A program made the translations under genes and the position numbers. A stretch of 32,000 nt of DNA from Candidatus Arthromitus sp. SFB-rat-Yit. Lineage in GTDB: Bacteria; Bacillota; Clostridia; Clostridiales; Clostridiaceae. Where the stretch lies: NCBI RefSeq assembly GCF_000283555.1, contig NC_016012.1:1380001-1412000 (forward strand). Direction: 5' to 3'. Below the pieces are notes generated by a model. That model had not been told where the DNA came from. It worked only from the letters and a program-made list of their open reading frames with translations, and made no database searches. Positions 25,158 to 32,000 of this stretch are shown in pieces; the stretch's first letter is position 1; each line of letters opens with the position of its first letter.

Positions 25158-25353
25158 GAATTTCACTCCTTATTTTCAAGTAAAACCACGTAAATTTATT
25201 TTAAATTACAAACACTCACACTTAACAAATTTCTATAAATAAGTTATAGAAAAATAATAAAATATCCTTTTAAATATTCTTACTAATTTTAAATATAAAT
25301 TTACACATAAAATAATAATACATATAAAATTAGACATTTATATACATTCTAAG

Positions 25354-25382
25354 ATAGTACCACATATATTTAACTTAGTCAA
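25354..25382 (-). promoter_or_regulatory. Candidate sigma-A promoter for rpoBC (TTGACT-17 nt-TACTAT, with TGn extended -10)
   Basis: On the minus strand, the -35 TTGACT is at 25377..25382 and the -10 TACTAT at 25354..25359, with a 17-nt spacer ending in TGG. It lies 7 nt downstream of the rplL palindrome and implies a 5' UTR of about 190 nt. Confidence 0.4.
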
Positions 25383-25388
25383 CTAAAC

Positions 25389-25460
25389 AAAATAATAACA
25401 TATTAAAGATAAGGGAAGGCATTTAAATGCCTTCCCTTATCTTTAATATGTTATTATTTT
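25389..25460 (-). terminator. 72-nt perfect palindrome, probably the rplL terminator or attenuator
   Basis: Every position i pairs with position 50849-i across 25389..25460 (36-bp arms, checked base by base). The GC-containing core is AAGGGAAGGCAUUUAAAUGCCUUCCCUU, and the 3' side is U-rich. It overlaps the rplL stop codon (25454..25456). Confidence 0.6.
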
Positions 25461-25813
25461 AATTCAATTGTAGCTCCAACCTCTTCTAGTTGAGCTTTAA
25501 TTTTTTCAGCTTCATCCTTAGAAACAGCTTCTTTTAATGTTTTTGGTGCTCCATCAACTATTTCCTTTGCTTCTTTAAGACCAAGCCCACATACTTCTTT
25601 TACAACTTTTACAACTTTTAATTTTTCTGATCCTGCATTAGTTAATATTACATCAAATTCAGTTTTTTCTTCGGCAGAAGTTCCCGCAACAGCTCCTACT
25701 ACTACAGGTGCAGACGCACTAACTCCAAATTCTTCCTCACACATCTTAACCAAATCATTTAATTCTAATACAGTCATGTTTTTAATCGCTTCAATTATCT
25801 GTTCTTTATTCAT
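25454..25813 (-). CDS. rplL: 50S ribosomal protein L7/L12
   Basis: 119 aa. An Ala/Gly-rich hinge is followed by KVVK.V....[29 protein letters not shown]. Confidence 0.98.
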   Translation of the reverse strand: MNKEQIIEAIKNMTVLELNDLVKMCEEEFGVSASAPVVVGAVAGTSAEEKTEFDVILTNAGSEKLKVVKVVKEVCGLGLKEAKEIVDGAPKTLKEAVSKDEAEKIKAQLEEVGATIELK

Positions 25814-25837
25814 AAATATTATTCCTCCTAAAATAAA

Positions 25838-26335
25838 TTAATTTTCACTTTCTTTTTTATCTTTTATTGCACTAATTAAATATGCAAAATCTGCAATTGG
25901 AGATTTTATGCTACTAAGTAATTTTGATATAAGCACTTCTTTAGTTGGTATATTAGCAAGTTTTTGAAGTTTATCTTTATCATAATACTCTCCTTCAATT
26001 ATACCTGCTTTCAAATGAAAACTATTCAACCTTTCAGAAAATTCATTTAAGATTTTAGCTGGTGATACTATATCTTTATAACTAAAAGCTATAGATGTAG
26101 CTCCTTCCAAGTGCTCTATTAAAAAATCATATCCTAATTCTTTAGCTACAATCTTAATTAATCTATTTTTATAAACCTTATACTCAAGACCTAAATCTCT
26201 CATTCTTTTTCTCAATTCAGTATCTTGTTCTACATTTATTCCTTGGTAATTTGATAAAATTATAGCAGTCGCATCTTGAAATTTTTCTTTTATTTCAGTT
26301 ACTTTTTTAACCTTATTTAACATGTTCTTTGTCAA
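25838..26335 (-). CDS. rplJ: 50S ribosomal protein L10
   Basis: 165 aa. Lies between rplA and rplL. TTG start verified (caa at 26333..26335), 8 nt after GGGGGGTG. The internal ATG is 20 nt from the SD and is unlikely. Confidence 0.93.
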   Translation of the reverse strand: MTKNMLNKVKKVTEIKEKFQDATAIILSNYQGINVEQDTELRKRMRDLGLEYKVYKNRLIKIVAKELGYDFLIEHLEGATSIAFSYKDIVSPAKILNEFSERLNSFHLKAGIIEGEYYDKDKLQKLANIPTKEVLISKLLSSIKSPIADFAYLISAIKDKKESEN

Positions 26336-26493
26336 ATTAATCGCACCCCCCTATATAAAAATAAAGCTCCTCTGAATCATTTAAGAGAAACCTTTTTAAT
26401 TAAATTTATATCATATTATAATTAAATAAGAAATTCTCCTAAATAGGCGTACAAAGTATTATCTAATTTAAAATTAGACCTATTATCTATGGA
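26336..26493 (-). promoter_or_regulatory. rplA-rplJ intergenic region: candidate L10 (rplJL) autoregulatory leader and/or internal promoter
   Basis: This is a 158-nt untranslated gap, unusually long for this cluster. The position matches the L10 leader known in Firmicutes. Small hairpins are visible (UCUAAUU-UUA-AAUUAGA). I cannot confirm the covariation-model structure by eye. Confidence 0.3.
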
Positions 26494-27180
26494 TTAAATT
26501 ATTTTTGAAATATTTATCTTTACTGCAGGACTCATAGTACTGCAAACTGAAACACTTTTTATGTACTGACCTTTCGATGAAGCAGGTTTAGATTTTATTA
26601 TAGCTGACATTATAGTATTAAAATTTTCTAATAATGATTCAATAGAAAATGTTTTTTTGCCAATTCCAACATGAATTATAGCAGTCTTATCTATTCTATA
26701 CTCAACTTTACCAGATTTTATTTCTGAAACAGTTTTGCTTATATCAAGGGTAACTGTTCCTGATTTAGGGTTAGGCATCAAACCTTTTGGTCCTAACAAT
26801 TTTCCAATTCTTCCAACAACACCCATCATATCTGGAGTAGCAACTATTATATCAAAGTCAAACCAATTCTCATTTTGTATTTTATTTATTAATTCTTGAT
26901 CTCCAACATAATCAGCTCCAGAATCAATAGCTTCTTTAGCTTTATCACCTTTAGCAAATACCAATATTTTCACATTCTTCCCTGTTCCATTTGGTAATAA
27001 TACAGTCCCTCTAACCTGTTGATCTGCATGCCTTGGATCAACACCCAACTTTACATGCAACTCTATAGTCTCATCAAATTTAGCCTTAGCTACCTTAGAT
27101 ATAATTTCAAAAGCTTCTCTAGGGTTATAAAAATTATTTTTATCAATTAGCTTCATGCTTTCTAAATAATTCTTACTCAT
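26494..27180 (-). CDS. rplA: 50S ribosomal protein L1
   Basis: 228 aa. FDET.E.HV.LGVDPR.ADQ.VRG...LP.GTGK and GP.GLMPNPK.GTVT are present. Confidence 0.97.
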   Translation of the reverse strand: MSKNYLESMKLIDKNNFYNPREAFEIISKVAKAKFDETIELHVKLGVDPRHADQQVRGTVLLPNGTGKNVKILVFAKGDKAKEAIDSGADYVGDQELINKIQNENWFDFDIIVATPDMMGVVGRIGKLLGPKGLMPNPKSGTVTLDISKTVSEIKSGKVEYRIDKTAIIHVGIGKKTFSIESLLENFNTIMSAIIKSKPASSKGQYIKSVSVCSTMSPAVKINISKII

Positions 27181-27200
27181 TCAAATTCACCTCCCAATAA

Positions 27201-27629
27201 CTATTTATTTTCTATTTCTATGCCCATACTCCTAGCAGTTCCACATATCATATTCATAGCAGAATCAATATCCGCAGCATTCAAATCATTAAATTTCAAC
27301 TCAGCAATTTCTTTAACTTTATCCATTCCAATTTTACCAACTTTAACTTTATTAGACTCCGAAGACCCTTTTTCAATACCAACAGCCTTCATAAGTAATA
27401 CGGCAGCTGGTGGAGTTTTCATTATAAAGCTAAATGATTTATCTTGATACACAGAAATAACTACCGGTATTATTAAACCAGCTTTATCTGCAGTCTTAGC
27501 ATTAAACTCTTTACAGAATGCCATTATATTAACACCATGTTGACCTAGTGCAGGACCAACTGGTGGTGCTGGGGTTGCTTTACCTGCAGGTAATTGTAAC
27601 TTTATCATACCCACTATTTTTTTAGCCAT
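27201..27629 (-). CDS. rplK: 50S ribosomal protein L11
   Basis: 142 aa. [35 protein letters not shown] is present. Confidence 0.98.
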   Translation of the reverse strand: MAKKIVGMIKLQLPAGKATPAPPVGPALGQHGVNIMAFCKEFNAKTADKAGLIIPVVISVYQDKSFSFIMKTPPAAVLLMKAVGIEKGSSESNKVKVGKIGMDKVKEIAELKFNDLNAADIDSAMNMICGTARSMGIEIENK

Positions 27630-27655
27630 GATTTATACCTCCTACAATTTTTATT

Positions 27656-28180
27656 TTATGATTTATCCAATTTACAAAAATCTATTTCTATAATATTACT
27701 ACCTATAACATCTATACTGGCTTTTATTTTTTTTTCATTATAATTTACTTCTCTTATTATAACACTCTGACCTTTCAAAATTCCAGACTTTATCTTAACA
27801 CTATTTCCTACTTTGTATAAACTATATCGATTTCCATCAGTATATGATTCTATAAATCTTACTTCTTCTTGATCTAACGGAACAGCTTCTTTCCCCGTAG
27901 GTCCAACAAATCCTGTGACTCCCCTTATATTACGCACCCTATACCACATTTCATCACTCATAGTCATTTTTACAAAAACATATCCTGGATAAACCTTTTT
28001 AGAAATCTTTTTAATTTTTCCGGAATTATTCTCTATAGTTTCATGTATTGGTACAACTATTTCTAGTATATACTCATGCAAACTATTGCTCTCAATTAAC
28101 TTTTCCAAACTATTTTTAACTTTATTCTCATATCCTGAATAAGTATGTAAAACGTACCAATTATATGACATATCACCCAT
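27656..28180 (-). CDS. nusG: Transcription termination/antitermination factor NusG
   Basis: 174 aa. An NGN domain (WYVLHTYSGYENKVK...PGYVFVKM) and a C-terminal KOW (G..V.I..G...G) are present. ATG lies 7 nt after GGAG. Confidence 0.96.
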   Translation of the reverse strand: MGDMSYNWYVLHTYSGYENKVKNSLEKLIESNSLHEYILEIVVPIHETIENNSGKIKKISKKVYPGYVFVKMTMSDEMWYRVRNIRGVTGFVGPTGKEAVPLDQEEVRFIESYTDGNRYSLYKVGNSVKIKSGILKGQSVIIREVNYNEKKIKASIDVIGSNIIEIDFCKLDKS

Positions 28181-28201
28181 AGATAATCTCCCTAAAATTT
28201 A

Positions 28202-28405
28202 TTATCTAAATAACAAATTAAAAACTTGCTTTAATATCCAATCAAAAAAACCTATATAAATTATATATAAAAAAACAAATATCAAAACAATTCCGCTAGT
28301 ACTTTTAAATTCTTCAGATTTAGGCCAAGTAATATTTTTAAATTCCTTAAAAACTCCGTAGAACAAATTTTCTTTTTTATCACTTTTGTTTTTTACATTA
28401 CCCAA
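28202..28405 (-). CDS. secE: Preprotein translocase subunit SecE
   Basis: 67 aa. E.K.ITWP is followed by a single C-terminal TM helix. TTG start verified, 8 nt after GAGGAG. Synteny rpmG-secE-nusG. Confidence 0.92.
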   Translation of the reverse strand: MGNVKNKSDKKENLFYGVFKEFKNITWPKSEEFKSTSGIVLIFVFLYIIYIGFFDWILKQVFNLLFR

Positions 28406-28424
28406 CTAAAGCTCTCCTCAAATA

Positions 28425-28574
28425 CTATTTTGTTTCCTTGTGTGATACATGTTCTTTGCAAAATTTACAATACTTTTTCAATTCTACTCTATCAGGATTA
28501 TTTTTTTTGTTTTTAACTGTAGTATAATTCCGTTGCCTACATGTAACACAAGCCAATGTTATATTAATCCTCAT
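28425..28574 (-). CDS. rpmG: 50S ribosomal protein L33 (zinc-binding form)
   Basis: Not in the ORF track. Own translation gives [49 protein letters not shown] (49 aa) with CxxC...CxxC. ATG at 28572..28574, TAG at 28425..28427. Confidence 0.93.
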   Translation of the reverse strand: MRINITLACVTCRQRNYTTVKNKKNNPDRVELKKYCKFCKEHVSHKETK

Positions 28575-28607
28575 TAAATACGCACCCCCAAACTTTAACT
28601 ATACCTT

Positions 28608-28636
28608 AAAATATCATATAAAAATTTATTTGTCAA
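28608..28636 (-). promoter_or_regulatory. Candidate promoter for rpmG-secE-nusG (TTGACA-17 nt-TATTTT, with TGn)
   Basis: On the minus strand, the -35 TTGACA is at 28631..28636 and a weak -10 TATTTT at 28608..28613, preceded by TGA. It lies directly after the tuf copy 2 hairpin. Confidence 0.3.
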
Positions 28637-28639
28637 TAA

Positions 28640-28669
28640 GATCGTAAGCATCCTAATACACTCACGATC
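28640..28669 (-). terminator. Candidate terminator hairpin after tuf copy 2
   Basis: The minus-strand RNA pairs GAUCGUGAG ... CUUACGAUC (9 bp including one G-U) with a 12-nt loop. The trailing U-tract is weak (UUAUUGAC). The sequence is unrelated to the copy 1 terminator. Confidence 0.35.
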
Positions 28670-29895
28670 TACACACAAAACTATTTATTTATTTTAGAAA
28701 CAACTCCAGATCCTACCGTTCTTCCACCTTCTCTTATAGCAAATCTTAATCCTTCATCCATTGCTATAGGAGTTATTAACTCAACTTCCATATCTATGTG
28801 GTCACCTGGCATTACCATCTCTTTTCCTTCTGGTAATTTTATATTCCCTGTAACATCTGTTGTTCTAAAATAAAATTGAGGTCTATATCCATCAAAGAAA
28901 GGCTTATGTCTCCCACCTTCTTCTTTCTTAAGAACATACACCTGCCCTATGAAATTAGTATGTGGGTTCACTGTTCCAGGTTTCGCTAATACCTGACCTC
29001 TTTCTATATCAGATCTCTGAATACCCCTTAATAAGGCTCCTATATTATCTCCTGCCTGTGCTTCATCTAATAATTTCCTAAACATTTCTATACCAGTAAT
29101 TACTGTCTTGCTCTTCTCTTCTTTTAATCCAATTATTTCTACCTCTTCTTGTACTTTTAATATTCCTGTTTCTACTCTTCCTGTTGCTACTGTTCCTCTT
29201 CCTGTTATAGTAAATACATCCTCAACTGGCATCAAAAACGGCTTATCTGTAGCTCTCTCAGGTGTAGGAATATAACTGTCCACCGCATCCATTAATTCCA
29301 TTATACAAGCCGTAGCTTCAGAGTCAGTAGGATTCTCCAAAGCTCTCAACGCTGATCCCTTTATAATCGGTGTGTCATCTCCTGGGAATTTATACTCGTT
29401 TAATAAATCTCTTACTTCCATCTCTACTAATTCTAATAACTCTTCGTCATCAACCATGTCTGCTTTATTCAAAAATACAACTATATAATCAACTCCTACC
29501 CTAGAAGCTAATAATATGTGCTCTCTAGTTTGTGGCATAGGTCCATCAGCTGCAGATACAACCAATATAGCTCCATCCATTTGCGCTGCTCCTGTTATCA
29601 TGTTCTTAACGTAATCAGCGTGTCCAGGACAGTCAACATGCGCATAATGTCTTCCATCTGTTTCATACTCAACGTGTGCTGTATTTATTGTTATTCCTCT
29701 CTCTTTTTCTTCAGGCGCTTTATCTATTTCATCATATTTAAACGCTTCTGCATACCCTTTATTTGCTAAAACTGTTGTAATAGCTGCTGTCAATGTAGTC
29801 TTCCCATGGTCAACATGTCCTATAGTACCTATATTAACATGTGGTTTATTCCTCTCAAATTTAGCTTTTGACATATCTATCAAATACCTCCTATT
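28669..29895. repeat. 1227-bp direct repeat, copy B (tuf plus flanks)
   Basis: Identical to 13431..14657 in the manual comparison. Confidence 0.9.
28681..29874 (-). CDS. tuf: Elongation factor Tu (copy 2)
   Basis: The protein and DNA are identical to copy 1. ATG at 29872..29874. Lies between sigH and rpmG. Confidence 0.98.
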   Translation of the reverse strand: MSKAKFERNKPHVNIGTIGHVDHGKTTLTAAITTVLANKGYAEAFKYDEIDKAPEEKERGITINTAHVEYETDGRHYAHVDCPGHADYVKNMITGAAQMDGAILVVSAADGPMPQTREHILLASRVGVDYIVVFLNKADMVDDEELLELVEMEVRDLLNEYKFPGDDTPIIKGSALRALENPTDSEATACIMELMDAVDSYIPTPERATDKPFLMPVEDVFTITGRGTVATGRVETGILKVQEEVEIIGLKEEKSKTVITGIEMFRKLLDEAQAGDNIGALLRGIQRSDIERGQVLAKPGTVNPHTNFIGQVYVLKKEEGGRHKPFFDGYRPQFYFRTTDVTGNIKLPEGKEMVMPGDHIDMEVELITPIAMDEGLRFAIREGGRTVGSGVVSKINK

Positions 29896-29929
29896 ATAAA
29901 TTGCACGAATATTACTATGACTTGAGTAG

Positions 29930-29958
29930 ATTTTAATCTATTTGAAAATAAGTGTCAA
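29930..29958 (-). promoter_or_regulatory. Candidate strong sigma-A promoter for tuf copy 2 (TTGACA-17 nt-TAAAAT)
   Basis: On the minus strand, a consensus -35 TTGACA is at 29953..29958 and the -10 TAAAAT at 29930..29935, with an exact 17-nt spacer. It lies about 55 nt upstream of the tuf ATG, outside the repeat. Confidence 0.55.
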
Positions 29959-29993
29959 CATAATTAATAATCAATACTAGATATATTCCTTAT

Positions 29994-30635
29994 TTAATCT
30001 TTCTTAAAACATTTCAATAATTTTCTTTTTATTCTTTGTATAGCATTATCTATAGATTTAGGTTGTCGATCTAACAAATATGCTATTTGTTGGTAACTTC
30101 TACCTATAATGTAATAATGTAATACTATCTTTTCATATCTAGATAAGTTTCTTAAAACATGCCTTTCTATCTCATTTATTTGCTCTTTATCAACAAATAA
30201 ATCTTCAGGATCAGATATTCTTAATGATTCTGTAATATCTAATAGTGTTTTATCTGATTCATCATCATAAATGGGTTTATTTAAGGATATATATGTATTT
30301 AACGGTATATGTTTTTGTCTTGTAGCAGTTTTTATAGCTGTGATAATCTGCCTTGTTATACATAATTCGGCAAAACATTTAAAACTAGATAACTTATTAC
30401 TATTATAATCTCTAATAGCTTTATATAATCCGATTAATCCCTCTTGATATATATCCTCCTTATCTGCTCCTATAAGGAAGTAAGATTTTGATTTTAACTG
30501 TATAAACTTTTTATATTTATTAATAAGTATTTCTATTGACTTACTATCGCCTTGTTTAGCTTTACTTAAAATAAACTCCTCTTCTATATCATAATTAGTA
30601 TTCAAATCATCTATATCAAACGAGCTATTAATCAT
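29994..30635 (-). CDS. sigH: RNA polymerase sigma factor SigH (Spo0H-type, sigma-70 family)
   Basis: 213 aa. Region 2 (DIYQEGLIGLYKAIRDY), the SigH-typical ITRQIITAIKTATRQKH, and a region 4 HTH (SYQQIA..L....KSIDNA.QR.K.K) are present. The conserved position is yacP-sigH-(tuf)-rpmG. Confidence 0.9.
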   Translation of the reverse strand: MINSSFDIDDLNTNYDIEEEFILSKAKQGDSKSIEILINKYKKFIQLKSKSYFLIGADKEDIYQEGLIGLYKAIRDYNSNKLSSFKCFAELCITRQIITAIKTATRQKHIPLNTYISLNKPIYDDESDKTLLDITESLRISDPEDLFVDKEQINEIERHVLRNLSRYEKIVLHYYIIGRSYQQIAYLLDRQPKSIDNAIQRIKRKLLKCFKKD

Positions 30636-30651
30636 TTATTCACTCCTTAAA

Positions 30652-31203
30652 TTACTTAATTCTTCTTATATTTTCTAATTTCTGAACAATATCATCACTT
30701 AAATTATCAACAAATAAAAATCCAGAATTTTTATAATTGTTTTCATTTATTTCTTTATTTATTTTTTTATTAACTCTGTGCACATCATCATAAAACTCTA
30801 AACTGGACATTCTATAAGCACCTCTTTGAAAGATAATCTGTTGTTCCATAAAATCAGAAGTAACCACTATAATCTCAACTTTTTTGGCAGTATTATGAAC
30901 TATTTTTTCTATATATGTATCTGCAAATTCATCTTTATTAGTATATATTACACTTAAATTATCAGATATTTCTAATTTCCTTTCACCTGTAGAATTGGAA
31001 TTATATGCATCAAATATCAAAAATATCTTATATCCATTAAATACTGCATAATTCTCGATCACGTTTATAAGCTTATCTCTTATTATATCAAAATCTAAAT
31101 CTTTAATATTTTTGAAATTAGGCCATGAATTTATTACATTATATGCATCAACAAAAATAATTTTCACTATATCAATACCTACTTTGAATATTTTTAATCT
31201 CAT
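30652..31203 (-). CDS. NYN-domain ribonuclease YacP/Rae1 family
   Basis: 183 aa ORF with the I.VDAYNVINSW motif typical of YacP. Synteny rlmB-yacP-sigH as in Bacillus. The start is ambiguous: ATG 31203 overlaps rlmB by 32 nt, and an alternative GTG at 31165..31167 lies 4 nt after the rlmB stop. Confidence 0.8.
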   Translation of the reverse strand: MRLKIFKVGIDIVKIIFVDAYNVINSWPNFKNIKDLDFDIIRDKLINVIENYAVFNGYKIFLIFDAYNSNSTGERKLEISDNLSVIYTNKDEFADTYIEKIVHNTAKKVEIIVVTSDFMEQQIIFQRGAYRMSSLEFYDDVHRVNKKINKEINENNYKNSGFLFVDNLSDDIVQKLENIRRIK

Positions 31204-31912
31204 ACATTATAATACCTGCTGCTACAGAAACATTAAAAGAATCAATTTTACCATACATAGGAATTTTAACCTTAACATCACAAAATGTTAGAAGCTCTTT
31301 ATCCACACCCGTTTCCTCATTACCTATAATTAAAACTATCGGATATTTGTAATTTATATCACTTAAATTTATTTTAGTATTTAAGCTTGTTGCAATAATT
31401 TTAAATCCTATATCCTTAAATTTTAATATGACATTTGGGATATTATTTGCTCTACATATATTCAGGTGCGCTACTGCTCCCATAGATGTTTTCCATACAG
31501 TATTATTTACATCACAACTTCTTTTTTGTGGTATAATTATATTTTTTATTCCCATAATTTCTGCAGTTCTTAATATAGATCCTAAATTTCTAGGATCCTG
31601 TATACTATCCAAAATTAATACAATTTCATCACTTTCATTATCTACATTATTTATAATTTCATTTATTTTAAAATATTTGTATTCCGGTATTCTAACTGCA
31701 ATCCCTTGATGCACCCCATAATTGCATAGTATATTCATATCATTACTATATATGCTTTTTATATTTATACATTTTTTCTTAGCATATTCTAAAATTTTTA
31801 AAACTTTATCCTGTTTTATATTCTTACTTATGTATATTTCTGATATTTCAAGATCACTATTTATAACTTCTTGCACTACTTTTCTTCCATAAATAATGTT
31901 TTTTCTCCCCAA
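31172..31912 (-). CDS. rlmB: SpoU/TrmH-family 23S rRNA 2'-O-methyltransferase (RlmB/YacO-like)
   Basis: 246 aa. The SPOUT motifs are present (LD.IQDPRNLG.ILRTAE, GNE..G, IPM.G...S.NVSVA.G). TTG start verified, 10 nt after AGGAG. Confidence 0.88.
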   Translation of the reverse strand: MGRKNIIYGRKVVQEVINSDLEISEIYISKNIKQDKVLKILEYAKKKCINIKSIYSNDMNILCNYGVHQGIAVRIPEYKYFKINEIINNVDNESDEIVLILDSIQDPRNLGSILRTAEIMGIKNIIIPQKRSCDVNNTVWKTSMGAVAHLNICRANNIPNVILKFKDIGFKIIATSLNTKINLSDINYKYPIVLIIGNEETGVDKELLTFCDVKVKIPMYGKIDSFNVSVAAGIIMYEIKNIQSRY

Positions 31913-31926
31913 AATAAATCTACTCC

Positions 31927-32000
31927 TTAAATTAGTTTAAATATCTCATCAAATATAAAGTCCAATCTTTTAAAATCCCCAACCATATATAAATATCCTA
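31927..32000 (-). CDS. mrnC: Mini-ribonuclease III, C-terminal 23 codons (truncated by window edge)
   Basis: Own translation of the open frame gives ...GYLYMVGDFKRLDFIFDEIFKLI*, with TAA at 31927..31929. This resembles the Mini-III C-terminus (..LGYLYL.G..ERL..), and the position upstream of rlmB matches Bacillus and Clostridium synteny. Only a short fragment is visible, so support is moderate. Confidence 0.55.
   Translation of the reverse strand, partial: GYLYMVGDFKRLDFIFDEIFKLI

Noticed and set aside
25220-25340. Small AT-rich ORFs in the rpoB leader (for example a roughly 35-codon ORF starting MSNFICIIILCV… on the minus strand).
   Set aside because: There is no Shine-Dalgarno, and the composition is what random AT-rich sequence would give. 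No support as a leader peptide.
28575-29993. I looked for tRNA genes flanking tuf copy 2, by analogy with the tRNA-tufB operon of enterobacteria.
   Set aside because: The flanking gaps (106 and 110 nt) show no cloverleaf-compatible sequence and no GTTC-type T-loop or CCA features. They are accounted for by a hairpin and promoter-like motifs.

Overview
This window is conserved core genome. It holds the translation and transcription supercluster of a very AT-rich, low-GC Firmicute with Clostridia-type gene order. Every gene is on the minus strand.

Read in the direction of transcription (high to low coordinates), the order is:
- mrnC (3' end), rlmB/yacO, yacP/rae1, sigH
- tuf copy 2, rpmG, secE, nusG, rplK, rplA, rplJ, rplL
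- rpoB, rpoC
- rpsL, rpsG, fusA, tuf copy 1
- the S10 operon (rpsJ to rpsQ)
- the spc operon (rplN to rplO, secY, adk, map, infA, rpmJ)
- the start of the alpha operon (rpsM, rpsK, 5' part of rpsD)

I added four genes that the ORF track missed: rpmJ, rpmD, rpmG and the truncated rpsD, plus the mrnC 3' end. I trimmed several over-extended N-termini using Shine-Dalgarno spacing and conserved N-terminal sequences.

I see no mobile elements, CRISPR arrays, tRNA or rRNA genes, defence genes or other accessory cargo. I find no support for a novel system in this window.

The observations worth a second look are modest:
1. RpoB carries Asn instead of the near-universal His at the key rifamycin-contact residue (E. 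coli H526 equivalent).
2. The two tuf copies form a 1227-bp nucleotide-perfect direct repeat whose edges sit at the bases of two different terminators.
3. A 72-nt perfect palindrome overlaps the rplL stop codon, with a candidate rpoBC promoter immediately downstream.
4. Verified TTG and GTG start codons are frequent.

All plus-strand ORFs in the track are antisense shadows of conserved genes and are rejected.
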